64,000 bases of DNA. Origin: Bacteroidetes bacterium UBA6183. Lineage in GTDB: Bacteria > Bacteroidota > Bacteroidia > UKL13-3. A program made the translations under genes and the position numbers. Shown here piece by piece: positions 46,977 to 57,727 of the stretch. Location: positions 8,299-72,298 of the forward strand of contig DITN01000100.1 in assembly GCA_002422865.1 (NCBI GenBank), in the 5' to 3' direction. The notes beneath the pieces were generated by a model. The model did no database searches, was not told the DNA's origin, and saw only the letters and a list, made by a program, of their open reading frames with translations. Each line of letters opens with the position of its first letter. Positions within the stretch are counted from its first letter, which is position 1.

Positions 46977-48362
46977 TTAATTTAAAGTAAAGTTAGTGGC
47001 TGCACCCGAGGTAATGTTAAACTCTCTCTCGAAGGTTTGATTACTGCGGGTAGCATTTTTAGCGCGGTAAATGATTTTGTATTTACCCGGCTGCATAATA
47101 ATGTTGTGTATTTTGTTTTCTTGAGGTAAACGTGCCAGCCACACTATTTCGTTACGGTTCATTTGGTAAATATCGGCAATGTACTGTTGTGTAAAGGCTG
47201 ATATGTTTAACCTACCGGGTTGAGCCATTTCTAAAGTGGTAGTTGTGTTTTGGTCAACGTTTACATCTTTAAAAATTTGTCGTGGTAGTGTAAGTACTTC
47301 CAAGTCGTATTTACCTACCAAGTATTTTTCTGATGTATTTGCGTTTTGCACATGTAAAGTTTGCATGCTTCCTTTTTTGCGCACAATACATTTTAAATCG
47401 TTGTAGTTGGTAACCCCCAATATTTTTACATTTAAAAATCCTTGTGGTGCATCTATGGCAATAATGTTGTGTCGGCCGGCAGTAATTTCGATATCACTTT
47501 TTTCTACTGGAGGAATGGTATGAACCACCATCCTGTATTTATAAATGGGGTCGAGCAACACAGTATCAGGTATGCCACGTTCGTTCATGGTATGAATGTA
47601 GTTATATACCAACTGATTGCTGTGCATGTCGTAAAAGCTCATGTTTACGTTGGTTTCAGTTGGTTTTGCATTTACATCAAGTAAATTAACTTGCACTGTA
47701 GTGCTGTTTAATGCTTGTGTAATTACCACATTTAATACATTATTAAAGCTCTCTTCAGTGTTTGCATCATAGTATCTACCAACGCATTCAAATGCTTTCC
47801 TAAAATCTTCTGTACTACCAAGGCCAATAATAAAAGGTCGTAAAACCACTCCTTGACTCTGCAATGCTTCTGATACAGCACAAGGGTCGCCATCACACTC
47901 TTCAATACCATCGGTAATTAAAATGATGATGTTACGTACACCGGGCTCTTTAGGAAAATCGTAAGCTGCTTGTTGCAATGAATAAGCTATAAGTGTGGTT
48001 CCTTTTGGTACCACATCTTTAAGTTTATCTTTTACTTGTTTGTGGTTATTGTATTTAAACGGCACCTCAAGTTTGGTGTCTTTGCAATTGCGCTGACCCG
48101 GAGGTGTTGTATGTCCATAAACACGTAAGGCAACTTGTACTTCTTTTGCGCTCTCTAAACTATCAACAATTTTGGCCAATAATCTTTTGGCTACATTTAT
48201 ACGGATGTCTTTATCCATTGCAGCGTACATACTTCCGCTTCCATCAAGCAAAAATAAAATGCGTGTTTTAGGTTTGGTATAACCTTGGGCATTTACATTA
48301 AACTGTATACCCAACATCAACCCAACTAAAACAACAATAAACGAAAGTGATTTAAACTGCAT
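46977..48362 (-). CDS. secreted von Willebrand factor A (VWA) domain protein
   Basis: 461 aa. Signal peptide, then a MIDAS-type VWA motif 'ILFLLDGSGSM' and 'IILITDGIE'. Confidence 0.7.
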   Translation of the reverse strand: MQFKSLSFIVVLVGLMLGIQFNVNAQGYTKPKTRILFLLDGSGSMYAAMDKDIRINVAKRLLAKIVDSLESAKEVQVALRVYGHTTPPGQRNCKDTKLEVPFKYNNHKQVKDKLKDVVPKGTTLIAYSLQQAAYDFPKEPGVRNIIILITDGIEECDGDPCAVSEALQSQGVVLRPFIIGLGSTEDFRKAFECVGRYYDANTEESFNNVLNVVITQALNSTTVQVNLLDVNAKPTETNVNMSFYDMHSNQLVYNYIHTMNERGIPDTVLLDPIYKYRMVVHTIPPVEKSDIEITAGRHNIIAIDAPQGFLNVKILGVTNYNDLKCIVRKKGSMQTLHVQNANTSEKYLVGKYDLEVLTLPRQIFKDVNVDQNTTTTLEMAQPGRLNISAFTQQYIADIYQMNRNEIVWLARLPQENKIHNIIMQPGKYKIIYRAKNATRSNQTFEREFNITSGAATNFTLN

Positions 48363-48380
48363 GCAATAAATTTAGGATGT

Positions 48381-49226
48381 TTAGTAATCGGCTAAGGTTG
48401 AAGGAAGTTGAGCCAATGCTTTTTCCAAATCGCTATCACTAGGTGCAATACCATGCCATTTGTGCGAGCCTACCATAAAATCAATAGGTTGCCCCATTTC
48501 TGTTTTCATGATGATAAAAATTGGTTTACCGTTACCTGTCATTGTTTTTGCTTTTGCCATGGTATCAATAATGTTTTGCATATTGTGTCCATCCATGTGC
48601 AAAATTTCCCAACCAAATGCTTTTAGTTTAGCTTCAATATCAGCACCTAAACCTAACACTTCCATGGTGCTGCCATCAATTTGTTGACCGTTATAATCAA
48701 CAGTAACAATTAAATTATCAACCTTGTGGTGTGCTGCAAACATAAAGGCTTCCCAGTTTTGGCCTTCTTGCAATTCACCATCACCCATTAACACATAAAC
48801 AAGGTTTTTATCGTCATTTAGTTTTTTGGATAGGGCAGCACCTGCAGCTACAGATACACCTTGTCCTAACGAACCTGAAGCAATACGTACACCCGGTAAA
48901 TGTTCGGCAGTGGCCGGATGACCTTGTAAACGAGAATGTAATTTTCTGAAAGTTTTTAATTCTTCAACAGGGAAGTAACCCGAACGGGCAAGAACGCTGT
49001 AAAATAATGGCGAAATGTGTCCGTTTGAAAGAAAAAACACATCTTCATTTTTGCCATTCATGTTAAATTTAGGGTTGTGATTTAGTACCTTAAAATAAAG
49101 TGCTGTTAAAAAATCAGCACAGCCTAAAGATCCACCCGGGTGGCCGCTTTTTGCGCCATGTACCATGCGAAGAATGTCTCTTCTAACTTGGGTTGCAGTT
49201 TGTTCTAGCGTTCTAATATCTGTCAT
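48381..49226 (-). CDS. transketolase, N-terminal (TPP-binding) subunit
   Basis: 281 aa. 'GHPGGSLG', 'SNGH' and 'VLMGDGELQEGQNWEA' are TPP-binding and transketolase motifs. Confidence 0.9.
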   Translation of the reverse strand: MTDIRTLEQTATQVRRDILRMVHGAKSGHPGGSLGCADFLTALYFKVLNHNPKFNMNGKNEDVFFLSNGHISPLFYSVLARSGYFPVEELKTFRKLHSRLQGHPATAEHLPGVRIASGSLGQGVSVAAGAALSKKLNDDKNLVYVLMGDGELQEGQNWEAFMFAAHHKVDNLIVTVDYNGQQIDGSTMEVLGLGADIEAKLKAFGWEILHMDGHNMQNIIDTMAKAKTMTGNGKPIFIIMKTEMGQPIDFMVGSHKWHGIAPSDSDLEKALAQLPSTLADY

Positions 49227-49432
49227 TGTATGCGTGTAAGTTAAATTTTTAGCCTATTTTGGTTTTATGGGCCTGATAAACAGTGGTGTAACAATTGTTA
49301 TGGGCTGATTATCTTCTTCAAAAGTAACACTTACCACGCTTTTTTAGCATTTTTGTTGCCAACATTTTAGCTACATCGTTTATTGCCTGCAATGTTAGGG
49401 TAATACGTTTTAGGATAAAAACCTAACCCATT

Positions 49433-50977
49433 ATGATTAAACAACTTGAAATTTCCTTGCTCCCCGAGCAATGTTTTGACGAATTAACCACCTTAGACTT
49501 TGTAAAAAGAAAATCGGGAATAAGTGACGTTACCGGTATTCGTATTTTACGCAAATCGTTGGATGCACGAAAGCGCCCCATACATTATAATTTGTTGGTT
49601 GATGTGTATGCTGAGGAACACGTTACTGAGCGTGATTTAAGCTTTGATTTTAAAAATGTAGCACATGCACCGCATGCCATTATCATTGGGGCCGGTCCTG
49701 CCGGATTGTTTGCAGCCTTAAAGTTTATTGAACAAGGTATAAAACCCATCATTTTTGAACGTGGTAAAGATGTGCGCGAACGCAGGCGCGACTTGGCTTT
49801 GATTACCCGACACAATACGGTAAATCCCGAGAGTAATTATTGTTTTGGTGAAGGTGGTGCCGGAACATACAGCGATGGTAAGTTGTATACCCGAAGTACC
49901 AAAAGGGGAGATGTGGGACGAATTTTAAAACTATTTGTAAAACATGGTGCCGATGAACGCATTTTGTATGAAGCACATCCACACATTGGTACCAATAAGT
50001 TGCCTCATATCATCACAACCATTCGAGAAACCATTTTACATTTTGGTGGGGAGGTACATTTTAACTCGAAACTGACGGATCTTGTGATTAAAGATAATGC
50101 CGTTGCCGGTGTGGTTATCAACCAAAACCAAACCATAAACGCCAAGCATGTGGTTTTGGCTACCGGGCATAGTGCACGCGATATTTTTGAGTTATTGCAC
50201 GCCAAAAAAGTTTTAATAGAAGCCAAACCTTTTGCTTTGGGTGTGCGTATTGAGCATCCCCAAGCATTAATAGACAGTATTCAATACAAGTGTGATAACC
50301 GTGGTGATTATTTACCCGCTGCAAGTTATAGTATAGTAAATCAAAGTTTAGGACATGGGGTGTTTAGTTTTTGTATGTGTCCGGGTGGGATTATAGCCCC
50401 TGCAGCAACTGCTCCCGGAGAAATTGTGGTAAACGGATGGAGTCCGAGTAAACGCAATAACCCTTATGCCAACTCCGGTTTAGTGGTAAGTATTGATGCC
50501 AAAGACTTTGAAAAGTACAACGATTACGGTCCTTTGGCCGCATTAAAATTTCAGCAAGGTGTGGAGCAAAAATGTTTTTCGGTAACGCAAAGCTTGCAAG
50601 CACCTGCGCAACGTGTGCTTGATTTTGTAAACAAAAAACACTCCACCCAACTACCCGATTGCAGCTATTTACCGGGTTTACAATCGCACAACTTAGATGA
50701 GGTGTTACCCAACTTTGTAGCAGCCAGTTTGCGTGATGCATTGCAGGCTTTTGGTAAAAAACTAAAAGGTTATGTGAGCAATGATGCGGTGATGGTGGCT
50801 ACGGAAAGTCGTACCTCAAGCCCGGTGCGTATACCACGCGAAAAAGAAACCCTAGAGCACCCCCAAATAAAGGGGTTGTTTCCTTGTGCAGAAGGCGCGG
50901 GTTATGCAGGAGGAATAATAAGTGCAGCTATTGATGGTGAAAACTGTGCAATGGCTGTAGTAAACCAGATGAAATAA
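49433..50977 (+). CDS. FAD-dependent oxidoreductase (COG2509-like uncharacterised dehydrogenase)
   Basis: 514 aa. Rossmann dinucleotide motif 'IIIGAGPAGLFAALKF', and a second 'VVLATGHSARD' region. Confidence 0.65.
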   Translation: MIKQLEISLLPEQCFDELTTLDFVKRKSGISDVTGIRILRKSLDARKRPIHYNLLVDVYAEEHVTERDLSFDFKNVAHAPHAIIIGAGPAGLFAALKFIEQGIKPIIFERGKDVRERRRDLALITRHNTVNPESNYCFGEGGAGTYSDGKLYTRSTKRGDVGRILKLFVKHGADERILYEAHPHIGTNKLPHIITTIRETILHFGGEVHFNSKLTDLVIKDNAVAGVVINQNQTINAKHVVLATGHSARDIFELLHAKKVLIEAKPFALGVRIEHPQALIDSIQYKCDNRGDYLPAASYSIVNQSLGHGVFSFCMCPGGIIAPAATAPGEIVVNGWSPSKRNNPYANSGLVVSIDAKDFEKYNDYGPLAALKFQQGVEQKCFSVTQSLQAPAQRVLDFVNKKHSTQLPDCSYLPGLQSHNLDEVLPNFVAASLRDALQAFGKKLKGYVSNDAVMVATESRTSSPVRIPREKETLEHPQIKGLFPCAEGAGYAGGIISAAIDGENCAMAVVNQMK

Positions 50978-51016
50978 ATTTATTAATACTTAACTTTACA
51001 GTAAGGTTTTACCTTT

Positions 51017-53089
51017 GTGCTTTACATGAAAATTAAATTCTTCTTTTTGCTTTGGCTGTTAGCCCATATTGCACACGCAGGTGTGATAACAACCAATGTT
51101 ACATCTCTTCCAAGTTTTGGAAACGTATACCTGAATAACAGCAGTACTTCATTAAGATACACCGTAAGTGCTACATCCATCTCCGGTAACTTAGTAATAA
51201 CAGCACCAACAGGTTTTGAAATATCAACCCAATATTTACAAGGTTATACCTCAGTTATTACCTTAACACCGAGTGGAAATAACATTTCAATAACCAATAT
51301 TTACGCGCGTTTTAGTCCTTCTGCTGCTGGTGCTGCAAGTGGAAACATCACGCATGTAAATGCAGGTTCAACCACTCAAAATGTGAGTGTTCAAGGGACT
51401 TGCATAAATTGGGCTATCCCTGCAAATTATTACAGTACGGTTAACACACAACGTAATGCTGCTTTAAAAACAGTTTTGTATAACAGAATACTTGGACATA
51501 CCAGTGTAAGTTACACAAATGTTTGGAGTTCATATTCAACTACCGACCGACAACCCAACAGTAAAGTATGGGATATTTACAGCACAAGATTTGATGTTGC
51601 ATCACCATACGAGTACACCATGAGTACAGATCAGTGCGGAAATTACAGCAATGAAGGAGATTGTTACAACCGCGAACACTCCTTTCCTCAGAGCTGGTTT
51701 AATTCAAACACGCCAATGCAAACAGATATTCACCATTTGTTTGCAAGCGATGGAAAAGTAAATGGCTGGAGAAGTAATTATCCTTTTGGAAATGTTGCTA
51801 CAGCAAGTACAACAACCCTATATGGAGGTAAACTTGGTACTGGAAGCAACTTTGGTTATACGGGAATCGTATTTGAACCCATTAACGAATACAAAGGAGA
51901 CATTGCACGTGCGCAATTGTACATGGCCACGCGATACGATAATTTAATTGCAGGTTGGATAAATAACGGAAATGCAAATGATGTGTTGGCCGGAAACACT
52001 TATCCTGCATACGATTTGTGGTATATCAATTTACTCATCAGTTGGCACAATTTAGATCCGGTAAGTGACAAAGAACGCAAACGGAATGATGCCATTTATG
52101 CCATACAGAACAACCGCAATCCTTTTGTAGACAGTCCGCAATTTGTGCAACGTATTTGGGGTGGAAATATACCAACGGAACCAACGGTGGGTGCATCTAA
52201 TTTACAAGTAACCAACATCAACAATAATAGTGTTAAACTCAATTGGGTAAGTGGAAATGGCAACAGACGTTTGGTATTGGTGCGCGCAGGTAGCGCGGTT
52301 AATACTTTTCCAACAGATACGTTTCATTATAGTTTTAATTCATCAATAACAGCTGCACCACAAATTGGATCGGGTAATTACGTAGTTTATAATGGTACCG
52401 GAAGTACGGTTACATTAACCAACATGCAGGCGGGTGTTACTTATCATTATGCGGTAATAGAGTATAACGGATGGTACAGCACTGCAAATTATAACACCGG
52501 TAATGTATTATCATTTAATGCCGTTACATTACCCGTAACATGGTTAAGTTTTGATGGTGTGCATATCAACCAATCAAACCAATTAACATGGAGTACAGCC
52601 AGCGAAAAAAATAATAAGGTTTTTGTTGTTGAGCGCAGTTTAGATGATGAAAACTTTGAAGCCATAGGCATTGTAAACGGTGTTGGTAACAGCAATGTGG
52701 TTTCTAAATACCAATACACCGACAACCAATTGCCGGATGTAACTGCATTGTACTACCGACTAAAACAAATTGATGTTGATGGTAAATTTAGCTACAGCCA
52801 AGTAGTTAAAATAGGTATAGATGATTTTGACATGGAAATGGGTTTTACTGTTGGGCCAAATCCGTTTACACAAAATATTCGTATCTCTTATCAACTAAAA
52901 CAACCTGAGACTGTTTATTATGTATTGATGAACAGTAAAGGATTAAAAATTAAACAAGGATATGAAACAGCAAATCAAAATGAAGGGGAGTTTGTTATTG
53001 GTGTTGACAACAGTTGTGCTGATGGGCTTTATTTCTTGCAAATCAAATACAACAACAGAAACATCATCCACAAAATTATTAAACAATAA
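51017..53089 (+). CDS. secreted endonuclease I-family nuclease + FN3-like domain + T9SS sorting domain
   Basis: 690 aa. Endonuclease_1 motifs '[13 protein letters not shown]', 'DIHHLF', 'RNPFVD'. Central FN3-like region '[31 protein letters not shown]'. C-terminal sorting domain '[16 protein letters not shown]...[11 protein letters not shown]'. Confidence 0.7.
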   Translation: MLYMKIKFFFLLWLLAHIAHAGVITTNVTSLPSFGNVYLNNSSTSLRYTVSATSISGNLVITAPTGFEISTQYLQGYTSVITLTPSGNNISITNIYARFSPSAAGAASGNITHVNAGSTTQNVSVQGTCINWAIPANYYSTVNTQRNAALKTVLYNRILGHTSVSYTNVWSSYSTTDRQPNSKVWDIYSTRFDVASPYEYTMSTDQCGNYSNEGDCYNREHSFPQSWFNSNTPMQTDIHHLFASDGKVNGWRSNYPFGNVATASTTTLYGGKLGTGSNFGYTGIVFEPINEYKGDIARAQLYMATRYDNLIAGWINNGNANDVLAGNTYPAYDLWYINLLISWHNLDPVSDKERKRNDAIYAIQNNRNPFVDSPQFVQRIWGGNIPTEPTVGASNLQVTNINNNSVKLNWVSGNGNRRLVLVRAGSAVNTFPTDTFHYSFNSSITAAPQIGSGNYVVYNGTGSTVTLTNMQAGVTYHYAVIEYNGWYSTANYNTGNVLSFNAVTLPVTWLSFDGVHINQSNQLTWSTASEKNNKVFVVERSLDDENFEAIGIVNGVGNSNVVSKYQYTDNQLPDVTALYYRLKQIDVDGKFSYSQVVKIGIDDFDMEMGFTVGPNPFTQNIRISYQLKQPETVYYVLMNSKGLKIKQGYETANQNEGEFVIGVDNSCADGLYFLQIKYNNRNIIHKIIKQ

Positions 53090-53096
53090 GGATACC

Positions 53097-53522
53097 ATGA
53101 GCGAATTTGAAGTGACCAAAACCAACGAAGAGTGGAAACAACAGTTAACACCCGAGCAGTATGCGGTATTGCGTGAAAAAGGCACTGAGCGTCCTTTTAC
53201 CGGTAAGTTTGAAGACCATTACGAACTGGGTACATACACTTGTGCAGGGTGCGGTAACGAACTTTTTCAATCGGATACCAAGTTTGATGCAGGTTGTGGT
53301 TGGCCAAGTTTTTATGAGGCCTTAGATAAAACCAAAATTGTAGAAAAGTTAGACAAATCGCATGGCATGATGCGTATGGAAATTTTGTGTGCCAAATGTG
53401 GCGGCCATTTAGGGCATGTGTTTAATGATGGTCCACAAGACAAGACGGGTTTACGTTATTGTGTAAACTCACTCTCGTTAGATTTTAAAAAACGATTCAC
53501 CGATTCAACCCAAACAAAATAA
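53097..53522 (+). CDS. msrB: peptide-methionine (R)-S-oxide reductase
   Basis: MsrB Zn and catalytic motifs 'CAGCGNELF', 'GCGWPSF' and '[12 protein letters not shown]'. The start is placed at the ATG at 53097 ('MSEFEV'), directly after the upstream stop. The track start at 52962 would overlap the nuclease gene by 128 nt. Confidence 0.85.
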   Translation: MSEFEVTKTNEEWKQQLTPEQYAVLREKGTERPFTGKFEDHYELGTYTCAGCGNELFQSDTKFDAGCGWPSFYEALDKTKIVEKLDKSHGMMRMEILCAKCGGHLGHVFNDGPQDKTGLRYCVNSLSLDFKKRFTDSTQTK

Positions 53523-53525
53523 TAC

Positions 53526-53550
53526 AAAGCTACTTCGGTAGCTTTTTTTA
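53526..53550 (+). terminator. rho-independent terminator after msrB
   Basis: 'aagctac' (53527-53533), loop 'ttcg', 'gtagctt' (53538-53544), 'ttttttt'. Confidence 0.65.
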
Positions 53551-53578
53551 TGAGGTGTTTTTGGTTAGGTTTGAAACC

Positions 53579-54931
53579 ATGGATAAACGCAAAATACTTT
53601 TTGCCCTATTGGCTTTATTTTTTATTGATAGTGGTTTACACGTTATTAATTGGCTTGAAGTAGCAACCTTACCAACTGAGCTATTGCATGCAATACGTTG
53701 GATTTTTATTGCTGCATTGGGTTATTACGCTTGGTTAAGTAAAGGACTTACCATTTATATTTTATTGTGTATGTTTTTGGGTATTGAGGTGGCCGAGTGG
53801 GCACCCAATGTGGCCAAAGAACTTAAAGTGTTTAGTGATATTTTCTTACGACTCATTAAAACCATTATTGCACCTTTGTTATTCAGCACACTGGTGGTTG
53901 GTATTGCCGGTCATAGCGATTTAAAACAAGTGGGACGTATGGGTATAAAATCCATCGTGTATTTTGAAGTAGTTACTACCATCGCATTAATCATTGGTTT
54001 GTTGGCCATTAATGTTTCTCAGGCTGGTGTGGGTTCATCATTACAAGCCCAAACAGAGCAAGTAGATAAAGCAACTAAGTTGCTGGAACAAAAACATTCA
54101 CACAATGTAATATTGGATATTTTTCCCGAGAACATAGCCAAAAGTGTGGCCGAAAATCAAATACTGCAAATTGTTGTATTCAGTATTTTGTTTGGCATTG
54201 CATTGGCGCAATTAAAAGGTCAGCGCAAAGACCAAATGGTACATGCCATAGAAAGTTTAGCTGAAGTGATGTTTAAGTTTACCAACTTGGTGATGTATGT
54301 TGCTCCGCTTGCGGTAGGTGGTGCTATTGGTTATGCCATTGCCACTATGGGGTATGGGGTGTTGCACGATTTATTAAAACTCTTGGTTACACTATACGTA
54401 GCTTTAATTGCTTTTATTTTATTGGTTTTGGTACCCATAGGTTTGTTGGTGAAGTTACCCTTTAAAAAGTTTTTGCAACACATTAGTGAGCCACTTTCTA
54501 TTGCTTTTGCAACAGCAAGTTCGGAGGCCGCATTACCAAAGGCCATGGAGAATTTGGAGAAAATGGGCATACCACGCAAAGTAGTGGCATTCGTATTACC
54601 AACCGGGTTTAGTTTCAATTTAGATGGTACCACATTATACCTTTCTTTGGCTTCGGTTTTTGTGGCACAAGTAAGTGGAGTTGATTTAACTATTGGTCAG
54701 CAAATTTCTATGTGTTTGGTGTTGATGTTAACCAGTAAAGGTGTTGCAGGCGTTAGAGGGGCATCGTTTTTAATATTGGTAAGCACAGTGGCCTCTTTAG
54801 GTTTAGACCCTCAAAAGGCGTTTGCCATTTTAGCCATAGATGCCTTTATGGACATGGGTCGGACCTCTGTTAACCTCATTGGAAATTGTTTGGCTACTTA
54901 CGTGGTGGCCAAGTGGGAAGGTGAGGTTTAG
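53579..54931 (+). CDS. dicarboxylate/amino acid:cation symporter (DAACS family; GltP/DctA-like)
   Basis: Start at 'MDKRKILFALL'. Multi-TM protein with the DAACS signatures 'PTGFSFNLDGT' and 'AILAIDAFMDMGRTSVNLIGN'. Confidence 0.85.
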   Translation: MDKRKILFALLALFFIDSGLHVINWLEVATLPTELLHAIRWIFIAALGYYAWLSKGLTIYILLCMFLGIEVAEWAPNVAKELKVFSDIFLRLIKTIIAPLLFSTLVVGIAGHSDLKQVGRMGIKSIVYFEVVTTIALIIGLLAINVSQAGVGSSLQAQTEQVDKATKLLEQKHSHNVILDIFPENIAKSVAENQILQIVVFSILFGIALAQLKGQRKDQMVHAIESLAEVMFKFTNLVMYVAPLAVGGAIGYAIATMGYGVLHDLLKLLVTLYVALIAFILLVLVPIGLLVKLPFKKFLQHISEPLSIAFATASSEAALPKAMENLEKMGIPRKVVAFVLPTGFSFNLDGTTLYLSLASVFVAQVSGVDLTIGQQISMCLVLMLTSKGVAGVRGASFLILVSTVASLGLDPQKAFAILAIDAFMDMGRTSVNLIGNCLATYVVAKWEGEV

Positions 54932-54994
54932 GTAAAATAATATTTAGATAAAAGTTGCGTTTTATCGTCTGATCGTTCCAAACAAACTCAAACC

Positions 54995-56311
54995 ATGAAT
55001 TTAAAAAATAATATCTACTTTAAGGTAGGTACCATCGTAATTATTGCGCTTCTATTAATTATTCCAACCTCTATGATCAGGGGCTTGATATACGAAAGAG
55101 AGCAAACCAAAAATCAAGCGATAACTGAAGTTGGTTCAAAATGGGGTGGACAACAAACCATTTCAGGACCATTTATCTCAATTCCTTACAACAAATATGT
55201 AAAAGAATACTCTGCCAAAGACAGCAAAGAAAAAGTGGTGGTGATACGCGAGTTCATTCACATTTTGCCAAACGAATTGAGCATTGATGGCATGATGGAC
55301 CCTGAGCAAAGAAATCGGGGCATTTATGATATTGTTGTCTACAATTCTAAGTTAAAAGTGAAAGGAAAGTTTGCTCAGGTTAACTTTGCAGAGCTTGATA
55401 TTCCGATTGGTGATATACAATTTGATAAAGCAAGATTAGTAGTTGGGATTGATGATTTGCGTGGTATTGAACAGCAGGTTGATTTGAATTGGAATGAAAA
55501 AAGATATGCTTTTAATCCCGGTGTGGCATCAAACGACATTGTGAGTAGTGGAATAAATACGCTGGTAAATTTTAGTTCAACCGACAGTTCAACCTATACG
55601 TTTTCATTTAGTTTAGATCTAAAGGGAAGTCAATTGCTTTATTTTACTCCTGTTGGAAAAGTTACTGATATCAAAGTTTCATCAGCATGGACTAACCCAA
55701 GTTTTAATGGAGCTTTTTTACCGGATCAACGTGAAGTGTCCGATAAAGGATTTACGGCCAATTGGAATGTTTTGCACCTGAACAGAAACTACCCGCAAAT
55801 TTGGACCGGAGACAAAAACAACATTGCAGAGTCGGCCTTTGGTATTGATCTGTTATTACCGGTTGATAATTACCAGAAGTCGCATCGTTCCATCCGTTAT
55901 GCCATTTTGTTTATTGCATTTACTTTTTTGGTTTTCTTTTTTATTGAAGTATTAAATAAGGTATTTATTCACCCCATTCAATACATATTGGTAGGTATAG
56001 CTTTAGTGGTATTTTACACGTTATTGTTATCCTTCTCCGAGCACTTAAATTATAATGTGGCTTTCGTTACTTCAGCGTTGGCAACACTACTTTTAATTGC
56101 CGGTTATGTTAAGGCGATCTTAAAATCAACCCAACTTACGGCCTTAATCAGCGGTATTTTGTTGGTGTTGTATACGTTTATTTTTGTGATTATTCAGTTG
56201 CAAGATTTTGCACTGTTAATTGGAAGTATAGGTATATTCATCATATTATGTTTGGTGATGTACTTCTCCAGAAAAATTGATTGGTACAATTTGGGAACCA
56301 AAAACGAATAA
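54995..56311 (+). CDS. creD: cell-envelope integrity inner-membrane protein CreD
   Basis: 438 aa. N-terminal TM helix, large periplasmic region, C-terminal TM cluster. 'RGLIYEREQTKNQAI' and 'KSHRSIRYAILFI' match the CreD family. Confidence 0.75.
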   Translation: MNLKNNIYFKVGTIVIIALLLIIPTSMIRGLIYEREQTKNQAITEVGSKWGGQQTISGPFISIPYNKYVKEYSAKDSKEKVVVIREFIHILPNELSIDGMMDPEQRNRGIYDIVVYNSKLKVKGKFAQVNFAELDIPIGDIQFDKARLVVGIDDLRGIEQQVDLNWNEKRYAFNPGVASNDIVSSGINTLVNFSSTDSSTYTFSFSLDLKGSQLLYFTPVGKVTDIKVSSAWTNPSFNGAFLPDQREVSDKGFTANWNVLHLNRNYPQIWTGDKNNIAESAFGIDLLLPVDNYQKSHRSIRYAILFIAFTFLVFFFIEVLNKVFIHPIQYILVGIALVVFYTLLLSFSEHLNYNVAFVTSALATLLLIAGYVKAILKSTQLTALISGILLVLYTFIFVIIQLQDFALLIGSIGIFIILCLVMYFSRKIDWYNLGTKNE

Positions 56312-56321
56312 GACAGCAACA

Positions 56322-56356
56322 CACTCCGGTTATCATTGGTAGCCGGAGTTTTTTAT
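56322..56356 (+). terminator. rho-independent terminator after creD
   Basis: 'ctccgg' (56325-56330), loop 'ttatcattggtag', 'ccggag' (56343-56348), 'tttttt'. Confidence 0.6.
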
Positions 56357-57270
56357 TCCATAAAAAAATGCTCGCCTTCATTGGCTATAAAACTATTGGC
56401 AAATTGGGTGCGTGTTTCCGCCAATAGTTCATCCAACACATCGTATCTCGAGGAAAAATGACCTATAATTAATTTAGCCACATTGGCTTTTTGTGCAACT
56501 AAACCTGCTTGTAAAGCGGTACTGTGTTTAGTTTCTTCTGCACGTTTAATTTTATCGTGTAAAAATGTGGCTTCGTGGTACAACAAATCAACACCTTTTA
56601 CCACTTCAATAACACGCTCATCATACATGGTATCACTGCAATACGCATAACTAAAAGGTTCTCCGGTTTCTAAGGTTAATTCACTATTGGGTATAATGTT
56701 TTTTCCATCCGTGCTCACATAATCTTTGCCACGTTTAATATCGGTGTAGTGGGTAAATGGTATGTTGTGTCGTTTACAACTATCAACATTCAATTTTTTT
56801 AGTTTAGGTTGTTCTTCAAACAAAAAACCTGTGGTAGGCACCCTGTGAAACAGCGGGAATGAAGAAACTTTTAAGGTGGTATCTTCAAAAATAACTTCTT
56901 TTTTATTGGGATTGGTTACGTGTTTAATAACCTCAAAACGAAGTTCACTTTCGGTATTTTTATGAAACAAATCAATAATCTCAAACAAAGTATCCGGACC
57001 ATAAATATGCAGTGGTTCGGTACGTTGCATTAAATTCATGCTAAACAATAAGCCGGGAAGCCCCAACATATGGTCGGCATGAATGTGGCTGATAAACACA
57101 TGCTTTATTTTCGATTTTTTGATTTTGTAACGTTGCATCTGCATTTGTGTTCCTTCACCACAATCAATAAGCAGGTGGTGGTCTAAAACGTGCAAGTACT
57201 GTGCAGATGGAAATCGGTTAAGCGTAGGTGTAGCCGAGCTGTTTCCTAAAATTACCAGTTCAAAACTCAT
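56353..57270 (-). CDS. rnz: ribonuclease Z (tRNA 3'-processing endonuclease, metallo-beta-lactamase fold)
   Basis: 305 aa. 'ILGNSSATP', 'LIDCGEGTQ' and 'HVFISHIHADHMLGLPGLL' (the HxHxDH motif). Confidence 0.85.
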   Translation of the reverse strand: MSFELVILGNSSATPTLNRFPSAQYLHVLDHHLLIDCGEGTQMQMQRYKIKKSKIKHVFISHIHADHMLGLPGLLFSMNLMQRTEPLHIYGPDTLFEIIDLFHKNTESELRFEVIKHVTNPNKKEVIFEDTTLKVSSFPLFHRVPTTGFLFEEQPKLKKLNVDSCKRHNIPFTHYTDIKRGKDYVSTDGKNIIPNSELTLETGEPFSYAYCSDTMYDERVIEVVKGVDLLYHEATFLHDKIKRAEETKHSTALQAGLVAQKANVAKLIIGHFSSRYDVLDELLAETRTQFANSFIANEGEHFFME

Positions 57271-57647
57271 TTGGTTTCGGCATCATCGCCCATGTTTAAA
57301 AACTGCTTTTCCAATTGATCCATAAATACAAAATCAACGGCTTCCACATCAGTAGGTATAAAGGTAATATCAGCTTTAGCAAACAATCTTGTAAATGGAT
57401 CTTCAGCTTCGGTGATAATCAATAAACCATCATTTTCACTAAGTTCTAAACCCAAACTGATTAATTCGCGTGTGGCATCCGCATTACACTCTTTAACACC
57501 GCTAATGTTTACAATTACATACTTGCTGCTACTGGCCACCTCATGCCTTACTTTTTCAATAAGTTTAGATGCCGTGTTTTTATCAAGCACAATAATGTCG
57601 GTTTTAATTAGTGAGTATTGGTCGCTTTTTTCAATTGTATAATTCAT
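57267..57647 (-). CDS. STAS-domain protein (anti-sigma-factor-antagonist-like)
   Basis: 126 aa. The alpha/beta pattern and 'VIVNISGVKECNADATRELISLG' resemble a SpoIIAA-like STAS fold. Its stop overlaps the rnz start by 4 nt (ATGA). Confidence 0.4.
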   Translation of the reverse strand: MNYTIEKSDQYSLIKTDIIVLDKNTASKLIEKVRHEVASSSKYVIVNISGVKECNADATRELISLGLELSENDGLLIITEAEDPFTRLFAKADITFIPTDVEAVDFVFMDQLEKQFLNMGDDAETK

Positions 57648-57727
57648 GCTCCGATATTTAATTGTGTAAATTTACGTTTCGGCACGTAATTATTTATATA
57701 ATTTGCAGAAAAATTAATCTTATTTAC

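Noticed and set aside
52962-53096. Track's longer msrB start (186 aa)
   Set aside because: It would overlap the upstream nuclease gene by 128 nt out of frame. The ATG at 53097 immediately follows the upstream stop and yields a canonical ~142-aa MsrB.
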